Shown here: piece by piece, positions 12,329-24,915 of the stretch
Position numbering within the stretch: position 1 is the stretch's first letter
How the letters are laid out: every line of letters begins with the position of its first letter
Assembly (NCBI RefSeq): GCF_006345805.1
Contig: NC_042997.1
Span: forward strand, 198,338,001-198,402,000
From: Octopus sinensis
Taxonomy: Eukaryota
Length of the DNA: 64,000 nucleotides
Reading direction: 5' to 3'
Notes under the pieces: generated by a model
Seen by the model: only the letters and a program-made list of their open reading frames with translations
Databases searched by the model: none
Told to the model about the DNA's origin: nothing
Made by a program: the position numbers and the translations under genes

Positions 12329-14157
12329 TTGTATATAAAACCTCAGCAGCCAGAAAGCGGTCAATATATTTGAGATGTCGAAAATTATTTAACGCTGTGA
12401 CATAACGCAAAATTTACATAGTCATTAATTAGAGATTTTTTGACTGGGGTAATCATTATATCATTACATTGGTCAGCATCTAACACCGGTTCACTTCTTC
12501 AGGTGAAACTGTATGACCGTATGACCTGAAAGGGGGCTTTAGTGTGTCTCGCTTTGGTAATAATCTCCGATGTTTGCTCAGCAGCAGTCAATAGTAACAA
12601 AATTGTGCACCTGTCTAGCTTATTGTTCGTTGCATCAAATTAATAACCCAGGGATATTCTACGCACTTATAGTAAGACCAAAGCGTAGCATTCATTTTCT
12701 TAAGGTAGTCAAATGGTTTCGTTTTAGATTTACATTTCTTTACAAAATGGCTTCATATGCTGCATTCATCTGACTCTATACCATTGTTTAGTTAAATGCT
12801 GAACATAAAATGTATTAATGCTACCATCATTTTGGTGTTTTTCGTGCTCTCAACCAGTTTAATTTTCAAAACGCTTGTATTTCTAACCTTCATAACCAGG
12901 TCAGATTATCAGTTTCCTTTAGTTTGTGTATTAAGGAAATACCCTCTACACTAATGGTCAACGTAAGGCAGCTAATTCGTCAGTTCTTAGAAATACTTTG
13001 TGTTATCAATTTCTATGTTTTAATTCCAAATTTCACCATGGACAACGTTGAGTTTCACTTTTTGGGGGTCTGTAAATAAACCGGGCGAGGAATTGACTCC
13101 ACGAGCTTATTATTCTCAAGGGACTTCATATGTTACCACAGAACCCAAAGATTCACCAGGATTTGAGAGCTCAAGAAAGGAAGGACCATTGTGTGAAAAC
13201 CCAAACTGCTAGCTAAATCGTTGAATTTATAACTACGTGTCTCCTTGCTTAGTTTTATCAAATATTTCTATGTATTTCTCTTATTTTGTTTAGTATCGAG
13301 AAATCTGTTTCTCATAATGAAAGCGAATAACTCTAAACGCATAGAAATTATCAAAATTTTCTATGACATCAGCATATCTGTTTTACATCGCCCACCTCAG
13401 AGGCGAAACTGATATAGGTTCCTTTACTCGATTCACCAATGGTGCGTAGCAACAACGCACTTCTGACCTTATCAGGTGATTTATCACCCAGAGACTGTAA
13501 AACAATCATTGAAAGGACGTCAGTGGACAAGTGGATTAATATCAGATATAGCATTAAGCGCCAGGAAATTATATTCATCTACTTAGTATTTTCGTTATAC
13601 AGCAGAGTCGCTTAATCAATTATTTCAGTTAAAATCTGTCAGCGCTTCACCTATCAGCCATGTTAATAACGTATTAAAGAGAAACGGAGAAGCGCCGGTG
13701 GCCTCTGTAATTCTTGTCTCAGTATTCTATAATTCAAATCAGCTGACATTTTTGACACCGTGTTATATATCTGTGTATCATTGTTCACATCAGACAGAGC
13801 ATTACATTGGAGGGCGCTATTTATTGACAACTATCACCAACTGCGCATGTATATATATAATATAACATAGCTAAGAGTTGACAACTCACATTAAATCTAT
13901 TACGCCATATGCACCTGTGTTGTTTCCAACGACCGTTAAATTGCAAGTATTTTAAAAGAGCATTAGCTATGCTGATCTCACAGGTTTCACATAGTCTGGA
14001 TAGATTTTGGGCACGATTCTTCTCTCTGATCAAACGAATGTTTTAAACATCCACTTAAAAAAAGCTCAAATGTTTTAATTATGCAGTCAAATTGTATCAG
14101 GCGATTATTATCGATTGCAGAACAGATAATAACTCAGAGAGTAATTTTATAGAATAT

Positions 14158-14370
14158 CTCTCTTTACTGTTTTACTTGTTTCAGTCATTTGACTGCGGCC
14201 ATGCTGGAGCACCGCCTTTAGTCGAGCATATAGACCCCAGGACTTATTCTAGTAAGCCTAGTACTTATTCTATCGGTCTCTTTTGCTGAACCGCTAAGTT
14301 ACGGGAACGTAAACACACCAGCATCTGTTGTCAAGCGATGTTGGTGGGACAAACACAGACACACAAACAT
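14158..14370 (-). mobile_element. Tail module of SINE family B
   Basis: Reverse complement of 6620-6822. Confidence 0.75.
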
Positions 14371-14374
14371 ATGT

Positions 14375-14409
<35 letters not shown>

Positions 14410-14554
14410 ATTATAAATTAGGGTATTCACGAGATACCACCATACTGAAAATAGCAGCCATGATCTGACTCTAAAACCACTCTAATTGCCCATATATATC
14501 AACACGGAGAGAAAACAAAGAGAGAAGATGAAACTAGTAAAAAATTATTGAATA

Positions 14555-14613
14555 ATTCTAGATCCTGGATTTCTGAATTTGCATTTAGGAATGCTTTGCC
14601 TCGTCAGTAGAAT
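14555..14613 (-). ncRNA. Type I hammerhead-like motif with irregular stem II
   Basis: AUUCUA-CUGACGA-[ggcaaa GCAUU ccua AAUGC aaauuca]-GAAA-UC(cag)GA-U-C/UAGAAU. Confidence 0.45.
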
Positions 14614-14846
14614 ACACACAGACAAGAAACATATACATATATATATAAATACAACATACGAATACTTAGATATACGAACGTATACCCACATATATATGCA
14701 CGTATGCATCCTCGTGGATACCCTACTTTATAATTTTTATAATTATTACCTTCGAAGGTTATTTTTTCTATGCTGACCGCTTGATAAAATCGTTATTTTA
14801 TTTTAAATTAACGATCTTGTCCTTATATTATATATATATATATAGG

Positions 14847-16223
14847 GATAAATAAAAATATATGCATACATACAACATATATGTACGTACCTACATCTAC
14901 ATGTATATATACATGCATTATATAAAATAATTATACGGAAGTACAGGACATCACATAAGACGTAGAAACAGAAAGAGCCAAAAAACAAAAAACAAGAAAA
15001 CGGAAAACGAAAACCAAATACAGGACAGGTACACAAGGACAAAACCCCCGTCATCAGCTGTCGCTAAGAGGAGTCAGGCATGTTTCGAAGGCATAACAGA
15101 ACACTAATCCAATAGCCTTCCTGCGAGAGAATTAAAATAAACTTTCAAGCAGCGGGGCACAATGAGTACGAACACAAACAAGACGTAACAATAAGACTGC
15201 AAAATTAAAATACATGTACAAAAACAAACACAAGAGGACGAACGAAAAAGCCTTTTTTCTGGCATAGACAAACAATAAAACTGCAAAAATAAAAATACAT
15301 GTACAAAAAGTACAATTAGTTACAAAACGAGAAAATAACAAGAATACTATACAGGAAATTAACCACACAGGGGACGAACGAAGAAGCCTTTTTGCTGGCA
15401 AGGACGAAAGTGTAGTAGCAGGCGTGGAGGCAGTCTTTTCAATAGTGGTAACCACGTGTAAAGGAATTTTGTTTTATAGGCAAGGAAGAGGGAGGAGGAG
15501 GGGGACACGCGGCGAAGAGAGAGGAGGAGGGGAGGGAGAAAGATTGAAGAGGTTAAAGCAAAGGAAGAGAGAGAGTACCGCATCTTCAATATAATAATAT
15601 TAATATAAAAAAAGGGGACCAAGAAGTGGATCGAAACGACGAATCGGAACGAACCTGATGCGGGGCGCTGTCAGACAATAAGAAGATAAATAAAAATATA
15701 TGCATACATACAAACATATATGTACGTACCTACATCACATGTATATATACATGCATATATAATAATTATACGGAAGTACAGGACATCACAATAAGACGTA
15801 GAAACAGAAAGAGCCAAAAAACAAAAAACAAGAAAACGGAAAACGAAAAACAATACAGGACAGGTTACACAAGGACAAAACCCCCGTCATCAGCTGTCGC
15901 TAGAGGAGTCAGGCATGTTTCGAAGGCATAACAGAACACTAATCCAATAGGCCTTCCTGCGAGAGAATTAAAATAAAATTTCAAGCAGCGGGGCACAATG
16001 AGTACGAAACAAACAAGACTAACAATAAGACTGCAAAATTAAAATACATGTACAAAAACCAACACAAGAGGACGAACGAAAAAGCCTTTTTTCTGGCATA
16101 GACAAACAATAAAACTGCAAAAATAAAAATACATGTACAAAAAGTACAATTAGTTACAAAACGAGAAAATAACAAGAATATATACAGGAAATTAACCACA
16201 CAAGGGGACGAACGAAGAAGCCT
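14847..16223. repeat. Direct duplication of about 540 bp (14847-15389 and 15685-16223)
   Basis: Near-identical blocks differing mostly by 1-bp indels, with a purine-rich 295-bp spacer. Confidence 0.9.
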
Positions 16224-16243
16224 ATATATATATATATATATAT

Positions 16244-16405
16244 ACGACGGGCTTCTTTCAGTTTCCGTCTACAAAATCCTCTCACAAGGCTTTGGTCGGC
16301 CCGAGGCTATAGCAGATGACACTTGCCCAAGATGCCACGCAGTGGGAATGAACCCGGAACCATGTGGTTGATAAGCAAGCTATTTACCACACAGCCACTC
16401 CTACG
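16244..16405 (-). mobile_element. SINE family B
   Basis: ACGACGGGCTTCTTTCAGTTTCCG..CACAGCCACTCCTACGCC, next to (TA)n. Confidence 0.85.
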
Positions 16406-16962
16406 CCTTTATGAATGTATTTTATGAATGTATCTTTGATATTTCCAAATGGCACGAATTTTTTTTTTCCATAAAGCAGTGCTCCAGCACGGCCTTAGCC
16501 GTAATAGCTAAAACACACTAAAGAACAATAACGTACATACTCTTTCCAGTTTCCCGAAATATTTCTCTACGTCTAAATGTCAATAGTTTTTTATGCAATA
16601 GCTTCAACTTTTATATTCAGCTCTCAAAATCATTCGTCTCACACTTTATCATTCAATTCTCTGCCGTACTGTCAAAGTCAAAATGGACGTCGTCTTTAGC
16701 CAAGTATGAGGCCACTTTCGCAGTCTACATTGTTTGTTTTGTCTTTCAAATTACCATTATCAGTTCTCATCACTTCAGCTCAGACAATAATTAGAAATCC
16801 TTTATTTCTCTTTAGTTTTCCCATGTCGCTGCCACTTATAATTCTATTTATTAGCATTGTATTCCATTTGCATCTATTATTTGACGAGAGGACACATACA
16901 GATACATGCGCGCTCAATTTTGCTGGACCAAACTATATGAAAGATATGATTTGTTGACGATT

Positions 16963-16963
<1 letters not shown>

Positions 16964-17015
<52 letters not shown>

Positions 17016-17044
17016 ACTACTACTATTACTACTACTACTACTAC
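16964..17044. repeat. (ACT)n microsatellite
   Basis: Direct reading; a similar tract lies at 38720-38772. Confidence 0.95.
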
Positions 17045-17228
17045 GGCTGCTGCTGCCGTGAGAATCCAGGAAATAAGACAGCAGCATGTACTATGGTACA
17101 TGCTAATAGTTTTTGTGAACTTGTCTCAAGCAGACCTACCTATCCTCTCGGCCCACGCACGTTTTACAGCGGAACTTCCTGGGTGGGAAAACTGGGGAGA
17201 AAAGTAGCTGCTACTACTACTACTACTG

Positions 17229-17425
17229 TGGAGGCGCGTGGCTTAGTGGTTGGGATGTCAGCACCATGATCGTAAGATTGCTGTTTCGATTCCTGGACCG
17301 GGCGACGCGTTGTGTTCTTGAGCAAAAAACTTCATGTCACGTTGCTCCAGTCCACTCAGCTGGCAAAAATTAGTATCGCTGCGATGGACTGCTGGGGGAC
17401 ACTACGCCATTGAAACCGGGAAAAA
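17229..17425 (+). mobile_element. SINE family D (tRNA head)
   Basis: GGAGGCGCGTGGCTTAGTGG..GTTTCGATTCC..CTCCAGTCCACTCAGCTGGC; homologous to 19578, 41338 and 46866. Confidence 0.8.
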
Positions 17426-17555
17426 AATCTACTACTACTATCTCTGCTATTACCAGCAGTATAATCATCACCACCGCGAATAATACTAACATTAATGCTA
17501 CACCGGCTGTTATTATTGCATAAAGCCAAGTTTCATGCATTTTTGCCTGTGTTTC

Positions 17556-17760
17556 TTATTTCTTTATTGCCCACAAGGGGCTAAACATAGAGGGGACAAA
17601 CAAGGACAGACAAAGGGATTAAGTCAATTACCTCAATTCCAGTGCGTAACTGGTACTTGATTTACCGACCGCGAAAGGATGAAAGGCAAAGTCGACCTCC
17701 GCGGAATTTTAACTCAGAACGTAACGGCAGACGAAATGCCGATAAGGATTTCGCCCGGCG
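17556..17760 (-). mobile_element. SINE family A
   Basis: Reverse-complement module plus part of the head. Confidence 0.8.
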
Positions 17761-18251
17761 CGGTAGCGGAGCCTGCGTTTCCACTATATTTGCACACCTT
17801 CCCGCCAATTTTGAGAGGAAGATCACTGAATGAAAAAAGTGCTGGTTCACTAGCTAAAGGATCAACAGTTTGTATATCACTGACATATATTCTTACTAAC
17901 AATCACGAGAGTCTGTTTATCTAAATAAGAGAAGGTATTACATACTGGTAAGATTTATCTCTATAGTCACTTATATTCGTGGACAGTTATTCCCATAACC
18001 TTCTCAATTTTGGTTACATACACTTCGTTTTTGTTTTTGGCTTACAAGATTCTTGATGTGAATTCATGTATTGAAACAAATTTTGTGGCATCTTGGAAAT
18101 GTCATTAAGACAATAATAATGCGTGTGTTATTATTATTTGAGTAATTAAAGCAGCAAACTAGCAGAATCGTTAGAATGCCGGGCAAATGATTAGCGGCAT
18201 TTCGTGTGTATTTAGGTTCTGAGTTCGATTTCCACCGAGATCGACTTTGCC

Positions 18252-18456
18252 CTTCTTCTTCTTCCCCTTCCTTTTCTTCTTCTTCCTTTTCTTCTTCTTC
18301 TTCCTTTTCTTCTTCTTCTTCTTCTTCTTCTTCTTCTTCTTCTACTTCTCCTTCTTCTTCTTCTTCTCCTTCTTCTTCTTCTTCTTCTTCTTCTTCTTCT
18401 TCTTCTCCTCCTCCTTCTTCTTCTTCTTCTACTTCTTCTTCTTCTTCTTCTTCTTC

Positions 18457-18513
<57 letters not shown>
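18252..18513. repeat. Compound (CTT)n-(ATT)n microsatellite after a truncated SINE A head (18150-18250)
   Basis: Direct reading; source of the poly-S/R/F/Y/I ORFs. Confidence 0.95.
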
Positions 18514-18514
<1 letters not shown>

Positions 18515-18832
18515 CGTTGGAGATGTACTATGGTGCCAGCTGTACACTACCAGTGAACTAAGGTAACACCTCTTATTTTTCGAGCACCTTCCGGAGTATT
18601 CGAGCGGTTACAAGCAGTGCTGTTTTCTGCAAGTGCTCCACCCTTATTGCAGCCACAATTTATTCCATGTACTTCTCAAGATTTTTACCCACTGTTCCCA
18701 GGGCTCCGACAATTACTGGTACTACTACCACCCTTTTCATCGACAACACTACTTAGCCTCCCAAAGCTAACCTGTCATATCTATCGACCTTTCTTTCTTC
18801 CTTATCGTATACATTGTTGTCAGCTGAGCATG
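18515..18832 (-). mobile_element. R4/Dong-like non-LTR 3' fragment within (TAA)n
   Basis: Minus strand translates KEERKVDRYDRL..VVVVPVIVGALGTVGKNLEKYME*..HLQKTALLVTARILRKVLEK*; TAA repeats on both sides. Confidence 0.82.
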
Positions 18833-18860
18833 TTATTATTATTATTATTATTATTATTTT

Positions 18861-19090
18861 TATGTGATGAAAACTCACAGCTTAATTTACTGGGTATGAT
18901 GGAAAGTGTCAGCTGTCCACGGCCAGCAGGCCAAGGTGACACTTGTTTACTAGTCACGCTTCAAAAAACCTGCGAAGAATTCTTGCAGTTCCAAGCAATG
19001 CTTATTTTTGCAGGTGTTCTACGTTCACACTTGCACCAATCTTTTTCAGCCGTGTTGGTATTTCAGTACTGATACTTCCAAGTGCGCCAA
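18861..19090 (-). mobile_element. Second R4/Dong-like 3' fragment within (TAA)n
   Basis: IGALGSISTEIPTRLKKIGASVNVEHLQK*ALLGTARILRRFFEA*; TAA repeats on both sides. Confidence 0.82.
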
Positions 19091-19117
19091 TTATTATGAT
19101 TATTATTATTATGATTA

Positions 19118-19187
<70 letters not shown>

Positions 19188-19317
19188 CTCTTTATTGGAA
19201 TACACTTTAATTCTGTCCTTAATTGAAAATGAATTTTTTATTATTTTCAGTTACTGCGTTTGATATAGTTTGTCTGTTGATGATATTTTATCAGGAATTT
19301 TTTTTCTTCCGTTCCAG

Positions 19318-19380
19318 CTTCTTTCCAGAGCCGCGCAATGTTGACAAGAAATTAACATCCCGTTCAATAGACCATCCTCG
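19318..19380 (+). other. Candidate 63-bp internal exon
   Basis: Polypyrimidine-CAG acceptor at 19316-17 and GTAAGT donor at 19381. One open phase reads FFPEPRNVDKKLTSRSIDHP. No homology recognised. Confidence 0.3.
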
Positions 19381-19577
19381 GTAAGTATATACATTTGATT
19401 TTTTTTTTTTTTTTTTGCTAAAAATATATTAGTATATCTCAGATATTTATATATTTTCGTAGAAATTTTGCTGGTAGTGTTTTAATGAAATGTAAATCAG
19501 TTAATGATAAACATCTGATATTTTGCAACAACATACTTTATATTCTGCAACTGTTTATTTTATATTTTATGTGAAAA

Positions 19578-20320
19578 CGCGTGGGTTAGCGGTTAGAGTA
19601 TTTTGCTAACGGCCGTAAGTTCATGAATTCGAATCCTTGGTACGCGTTGTGTCGTTGAGCAATGCAGTTTATTTCACGTTGCTCTAGTCCACTCAATTGG
19701 CAAAAATGAATTGCACCTGTACTTCAAATGGCCAGCCTTGTCTTATTTTATGTTGTATCTCCTTGAAAACTACGATAAGGACACGTGTGCTAGTGGAGCA
19801 CTCAGGCGCTTGCACGTTGATTTCAAGAGCAGCCTGTTCGGATCTTTTCGGTTTTCGGTTTGAACGGCAGTTTTTTCTAGCGGTGTCATATGAAATTGTC
19901 ACCCATAATTATGACCCTAGAATCGATCTATTGCATTTCAATCTCTTTTAGGGTTAGGATTAGTTAGGGTTAGGGGTGGAGGAAGGGTATCTTTTTTTCT
20001 TCACAATCGTAAATAAACCCAATCTGTTTCTTATACGAGGGACATATTCATACGGCGCAGAATGTTTTCACCCCAATAGACGTCATTGATTGGTTGAAAT
20101 TGCAGAAATTGAAGAAAAAAACAACAAATATCTTACAAACTATATAATTTTCTCAAAGCCAAGAGAAAAAGATGTTTTATAAACACATTCTACCAGTATA
20201 CGAAGTTTAAAATTTTTTAGTTACCTAGAATTAAAAACTGCCGTTCAAACCGAAAAGATCCGCCTGTTCTGTTGATCGGGCCAACTAAAACCCTCGTCGA
20301 CGTCAACGACGGAGTGCTAT
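19578..20320 (+). mobile_element. SINE family D split by a MITE
   Basis: Head at 19578; sequence resumes after the duplicated GCCTGTTC. Confidence 0.65.
19840..20261. mobile_element. MITE, 28-bp TIR starting GG, 8-bp TSD (Merlin-like), copy 1
   Basis: TIR GGATCTTTTCGGTTTGAACGGCAGTTTT (left TIR has a 7-bp internal duplication). Exact TSD GCCTGTTC at 19832-19839 and 20262-20269. Confidence 0.9.
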
Positions 20321-21042
20321 TATTTTATATTTTGTGACTATCCTTTAAAAAATAAACCATTCCTAAGTCTGTCATATTTCCTGGATTGCGCTTCCAATAA
20401 GTCGGCTGCCGTTTTGAAAATTTAGTTCAAGAAGTCAACAAGAGACGACGATTTCATAATTTCTAGAGTATAAGTAATTACAATGTTCAAAACGCTTCGC
20501 TCCAAAACTGAAAAAAAGAAAAGCATTTCAAGCAACCTATGTGATTTGTTTCCAGCAGTAATTAGCTACAATTCTCTAAAGACTGAACATTTTTACTAAA
20601 TTTATATTTGATTCGAGATGCGACTAATTAGTTAAATGAAACCTAATTACATATCGTCTATTGTCCATCATATAATTTTGCAAAGCTACAGTCGTACATA
20701 GAATTCATAATTCGGTCAGTGCATCTTTAACAAATTACAATAACCATTTATTCTCTATCGTAGATATTGATTAAGCGATATTGTCTTTTGTGATTAAAAC
20801 GAAAACCGAAACAATTTTACATTAGCATCGATTAAATATAGGACCCTCTTTCCACTCTTTCCACTCTTTCCATACACTGGAGTATAATCAAAAGAATTTG
20901 CCGTAGCAATTGATGTGACGATTAATAAAGTTAGATTTATTCATGTCTCTCTTGCTCTCGATCTGTTTCTTTCCGTTTATATTTCTCTGTCCGTATGTGT
21001 GCGTTGTATACACATAGACATTTCTATACGTGCATATATATA

Positions 21043-21117
<75 letters not shown>

Positions 21118-21279
21118 ATTTTTTGCGTAATAAGATAAAAAACCAAGGCTGTATAGATATTAGAGCATTTATAGATAGAAGGTCTTAGAGCTGTTTCTAG
21201 GATATCTATTAATAATATCCTTTCATCGGAGACGGTGTGAGAGGAAAAATGAAGTCATAGTTAATTTCGATGTGATACA

Positions 21280-21495
21280 AAATAGAGTCTATTCAAATAA
21301 ACAACAAATCAAATAAACGGATAAAAACGAGGAAAACTAGCGAACGTGAGCGCGTGCTCAAGTATATTACCTTGACACTCGGTGAAGAGAGAGAGTAACG
21401 TTTCCAGTATAGCTCTTTGTCGGAAAGGAGACAGGGAAATGTCCAAAAAGAAGAAGAAATCGCCAACGGGCCACGCGTGGTCACATTGCTGAAGT
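21280..21495 (-). mobile_element. Degenerate short repeat family F (hammerhead-bearing)
   Basis: Shares AACGTTTC..GCTCTT and AAATCGCCAACG..GTCACATT with 24036 and 30631. Confidence 0.5.
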
Positions 21496-23178
21496 ACACA
21501 TACACACAGATGTATGTATATTCACATAAAATAGAAACAATCAAATCATGTTAATTTGAGTTTCTGATATACTCCAGTGAAAATTCGTATTGAATTAAAT
21601 CAAATATCAGCTTCAAATATCAGCAGACATACTGCGACCCAATCTCACCAATATTACCTGGATCTACTTCAGCATTCAACAAACCTCCGGTACTCCGCAA
21701 AAATTATATCGGATATGCATCCACTGTTTGCTAAATGCCAAGATTAGTATTCGTCTGCCTTCCTATAGCTAAAACGTCATCGCTTTCTCATAAGCATACA
21801 AACTATAAGTTAATAAGAAGAATAGCCTTACATCTAGTTCTAACATATGAAAAATAATTTCGCATAAGCTTATACTATTATTATTCATGAGAAAGGGTAT
21901 GTCCAGTGGATGGATCTTGTAAAACAAAGGCGATTATATTTAATGCAGAAATTACAGCAAACTAACTCTGTTATATTGGCATGATAGAAGGAGAATTCAA
22001 AAACAGCTGTCACACTTTCTCATTCAAAAACTTGAGTAAAGTGCTGCGCAGTGAGGCACTAAAGTAGTCTCGCAATTAAAATGTAACGTTGTGGTCTACA
22101 ATACCAACGAGAGGATCGAGATGTGATGCAGACCTTATGTAAATAGTAACCAAATTCGTGGGGTCTCTTCCTTAGTATTCTTGAACTAGACAATTTTCTA
22201 GTACTAAAGCTAATTTAAATGCTAAGAGCGAGACATAGCCAACACCTGCCCACAATTCAATAAGTGCATGTTGAGCTTTTCGTGGTCATCAACATGACAG
22301 CGGGATAGAATTCGGTACGAGACTACAATAGGAAATTAGGCATTGATATTCTAATGTTCCTTTTCTCTTTCAGTTTACTAATTTCAGCATTATATTTTAA
22401 ATCAAAACGCTATGTTTTCAATTCTCTGGGTTTTTTCCTGTCACACATCATTCCAATTCACAAATTTCTTTGTTTATTGACCATAACAGTAATTCTCTTT
22501 TTCAATTTATTACCCAGTAATCAATAATTTTTATTATACACTCAGTGAAATTTTCACCAATAATTTTATTCAAATTTATTTTGTATCAATGTTTTATCGA
22601 TCATTTTTTATCAACTTTTATTTTTCATCACTATTAATTTTTTAAAAAACCGTTACGTTGGTACTTATTAAATTTTATAATTACTTTCACACCACTCTTC
22701 TATTTTAACGTTAATTATGTGTTTATAGTTAATCTTGTTTGGTAATCGCTGTCAAATTATTTCCTTTAAAAGCTGCTTTGCAATTTAGACAAATTTTTGC
22801 ATACATTGTATATTTCGAATATATTTGTATATATGTTTTCTATATACGAACGTTTTTCTCTATATAGAGTTAAGACTGGATCGAAATATATCTGGCAGTG
22901 TCAAACTATTGATAGTGTAAATTTAAAGCAATTAATACGTACCGAACAGTTGTAATCTGTTATTTAATAGCCTCATTTATTTGTGTTGATGGGTTGTACG
23001 TGTGGACGCTTGGGTTTGATTACAGGTATTTGTGTGTATATAGGTGAATTTTATATGCATATCTAGTTAAAATTTTGTATATATATTAGCACAAATTTAT
23101 AGAAAAACAAAGTCGAAGAAAGGTGTAGGAACAACAAGCAAGTGTATTAGTTTGTTGCTCAGGCAAAATTGAAAAAGT

Positions 23179-23214
23179 CTTTTACGTTTCGAGCCTGCGC
23201 TGTTCGACAGAAAG
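23179..23214 (-). ncRNA. Decayed minimal hammerhead
   Basis: CUUU-CUGUCGA-A-CAGC(gcag)GCUC-GAAA-CG-U-A/AAAG; two deviations from consensus. Confidence 0.4.
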
Positions 23215-23278
23215 GAATAAGAGGAAATAAATAGAGAGAGAATATAAAACAAAAATTTGTTGAGTTCACTGGAGCAAA

Positions 23279-23337
<59 letters not shown>

Positions 23338-23564
23338 GCAAATAAGAAAATGAAGAGGATACAAAAACGACATACATCAGCCGGTAGACATTCTAGTATA
23401 CCTATTTATTCCAATGCATTAGATGAATACATACACATGTATTAACCATGTATTATATACACATGTACTAATATTACAGAAGATAAGATTGTCAGTAGGT
23501 GCTAGTTCCTTACGGCCGTTTCTGCCAAGAAGTAACGAAGTCCTCCATACCATCTTCATGTCTT

Positions 23565-23606
<42 letters not shown>

Positions 23607-23609
23607 ATT

Positions 23610-23955
23610 GTAAATGGTAAAGACTCTCTTTGGTCATGAATGACCATATGGGATTGCACCTTGAAAGTTCCCCTTCGAGGCATAAGTTTGGACAAGTTTG
23701 TTTATGGAAGACCACGAGACGCCCATGCATACTAGCCTCCACTCTCCATGCCACCGGTGATATCCAAAGGAAAGACAAAGGCTGATACAGCTTGGCGCCA
23801 GTGACGTCGCAACTCATTTCTACAGCTGAGTGAACTGGAGCAACGTGAAATAAAGTATCTAGCTGAAGAATACAAGACACATCCCTGTCCGGGAATCTAA
23901 CTCACTACCTCATGATTGTGAGCCCGACGCTCTAATCACTAGCCATGCACCTTCA
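23610..23955 (-). mobile_element. tRNA-headed SINE related to family D
   Basis: Minus-strand head TGCATGGCTCAGTGATTAGAGCG and shared core CTCCAGTTCACTCAGCTG. Confidence 0.7.
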
Positions 23956-24035
23956 CATACACACAAATTTATACATATACTTAGATACACGTATATATAT
24001 ATATGCACAAACATGTATATAGATAGATAGATAGT

Positions 24036-24230
24036 CAATCCAAACATGAACAAGCAAAAAAAAAACAACAACGCGAGGACGTGGAATAAGTACAGCGTTA
24101 TTGGACGCTCAGGAAAGGAAAGAAAAGAAAGAGGATTTCACGTTTCGAGCGGAGCTCTTCATCAGAAATATAGAAAAAGTACAAAGAAGGGAAGACAGAG
24201 GAAGAAAATCGCCAACGATATATATAAATA
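24036..24230 (-). mobile_element. Short repeat family F with hammerhead motif at 24135-24169
   Basis: Homologous to 30631-30812. AUUU-CUGAUGA-A-GAGC(ucc)GCUC-GAAA-CG-U-G/AAAU; position 17 is G. Confidence 0.7.
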
Positions 24231-24915
24231 TGTTTGTGTATGTATGTATGTATGCATGCATTGCGAAGAAAACGGCTTTTGGCTAGGTGTCTGTCATATA
24301 TGTCAGTGTAGATATTGTTTGCGCGTGTGTATGTGTTGTGTATGTGTTATTATGGGCTATATATTTTTTGTGTGCTATATCGTGTGAGTAGATATGTGCA
24401 TTTGGCTGTTCTCTACAGTGGACTATGTGTGCGTCTGCATGAACGCGGGTTTGGGATTAAATTAGCATAGTTTCGGTGAGGTGTGTGAAAGTGGGCTGCG
24501 CGGGGAGGAGAGTAGTGTAAATGGTGTGTTGAACTTTTAGACTTATGCTTTTAATTTTTGACAGCATTCACGCCTGAATTCTTTAAGTCTTTCTCACCTT
24601 TGAACTGTAAATCTGTCTACAGCTGTCCAAAGTTATCAGTTTATTATTTTTTTGGTTCACTTTCTTATTAGACTGTCAGCATCGACTGCGGCCATGATGG
24701 GTTACCTCCTTCAAGAATTTTTAGTCAGATGAATCAACATTAGTATTTAGATTTTGACAAGACTGGTAGTTATTCAATCGGTTCCCTTTGGACGAACCTC
24801 TGCGTTACGGAGTCATCAACACCTCAACACTGATTTCCAAGCGGTGGCAGGGCACACACACATACACACATACGTACTCACACATACACACAACATACAC
24901 ACACACACACATATA

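Noticed and set aside
18206-18561. Poly-Ser/Arg/Phe/Tyr ORFs and similar IY, LSIY, HT and ER ORFs throughout
   Set aside because: They are translations of microsatellites.
22263-22300. CATGTTGA/TCAACATG hairpin with TGATGA and GAAA on the minus strand
   Set aside because: Lacks C3, stem II and the UH site.
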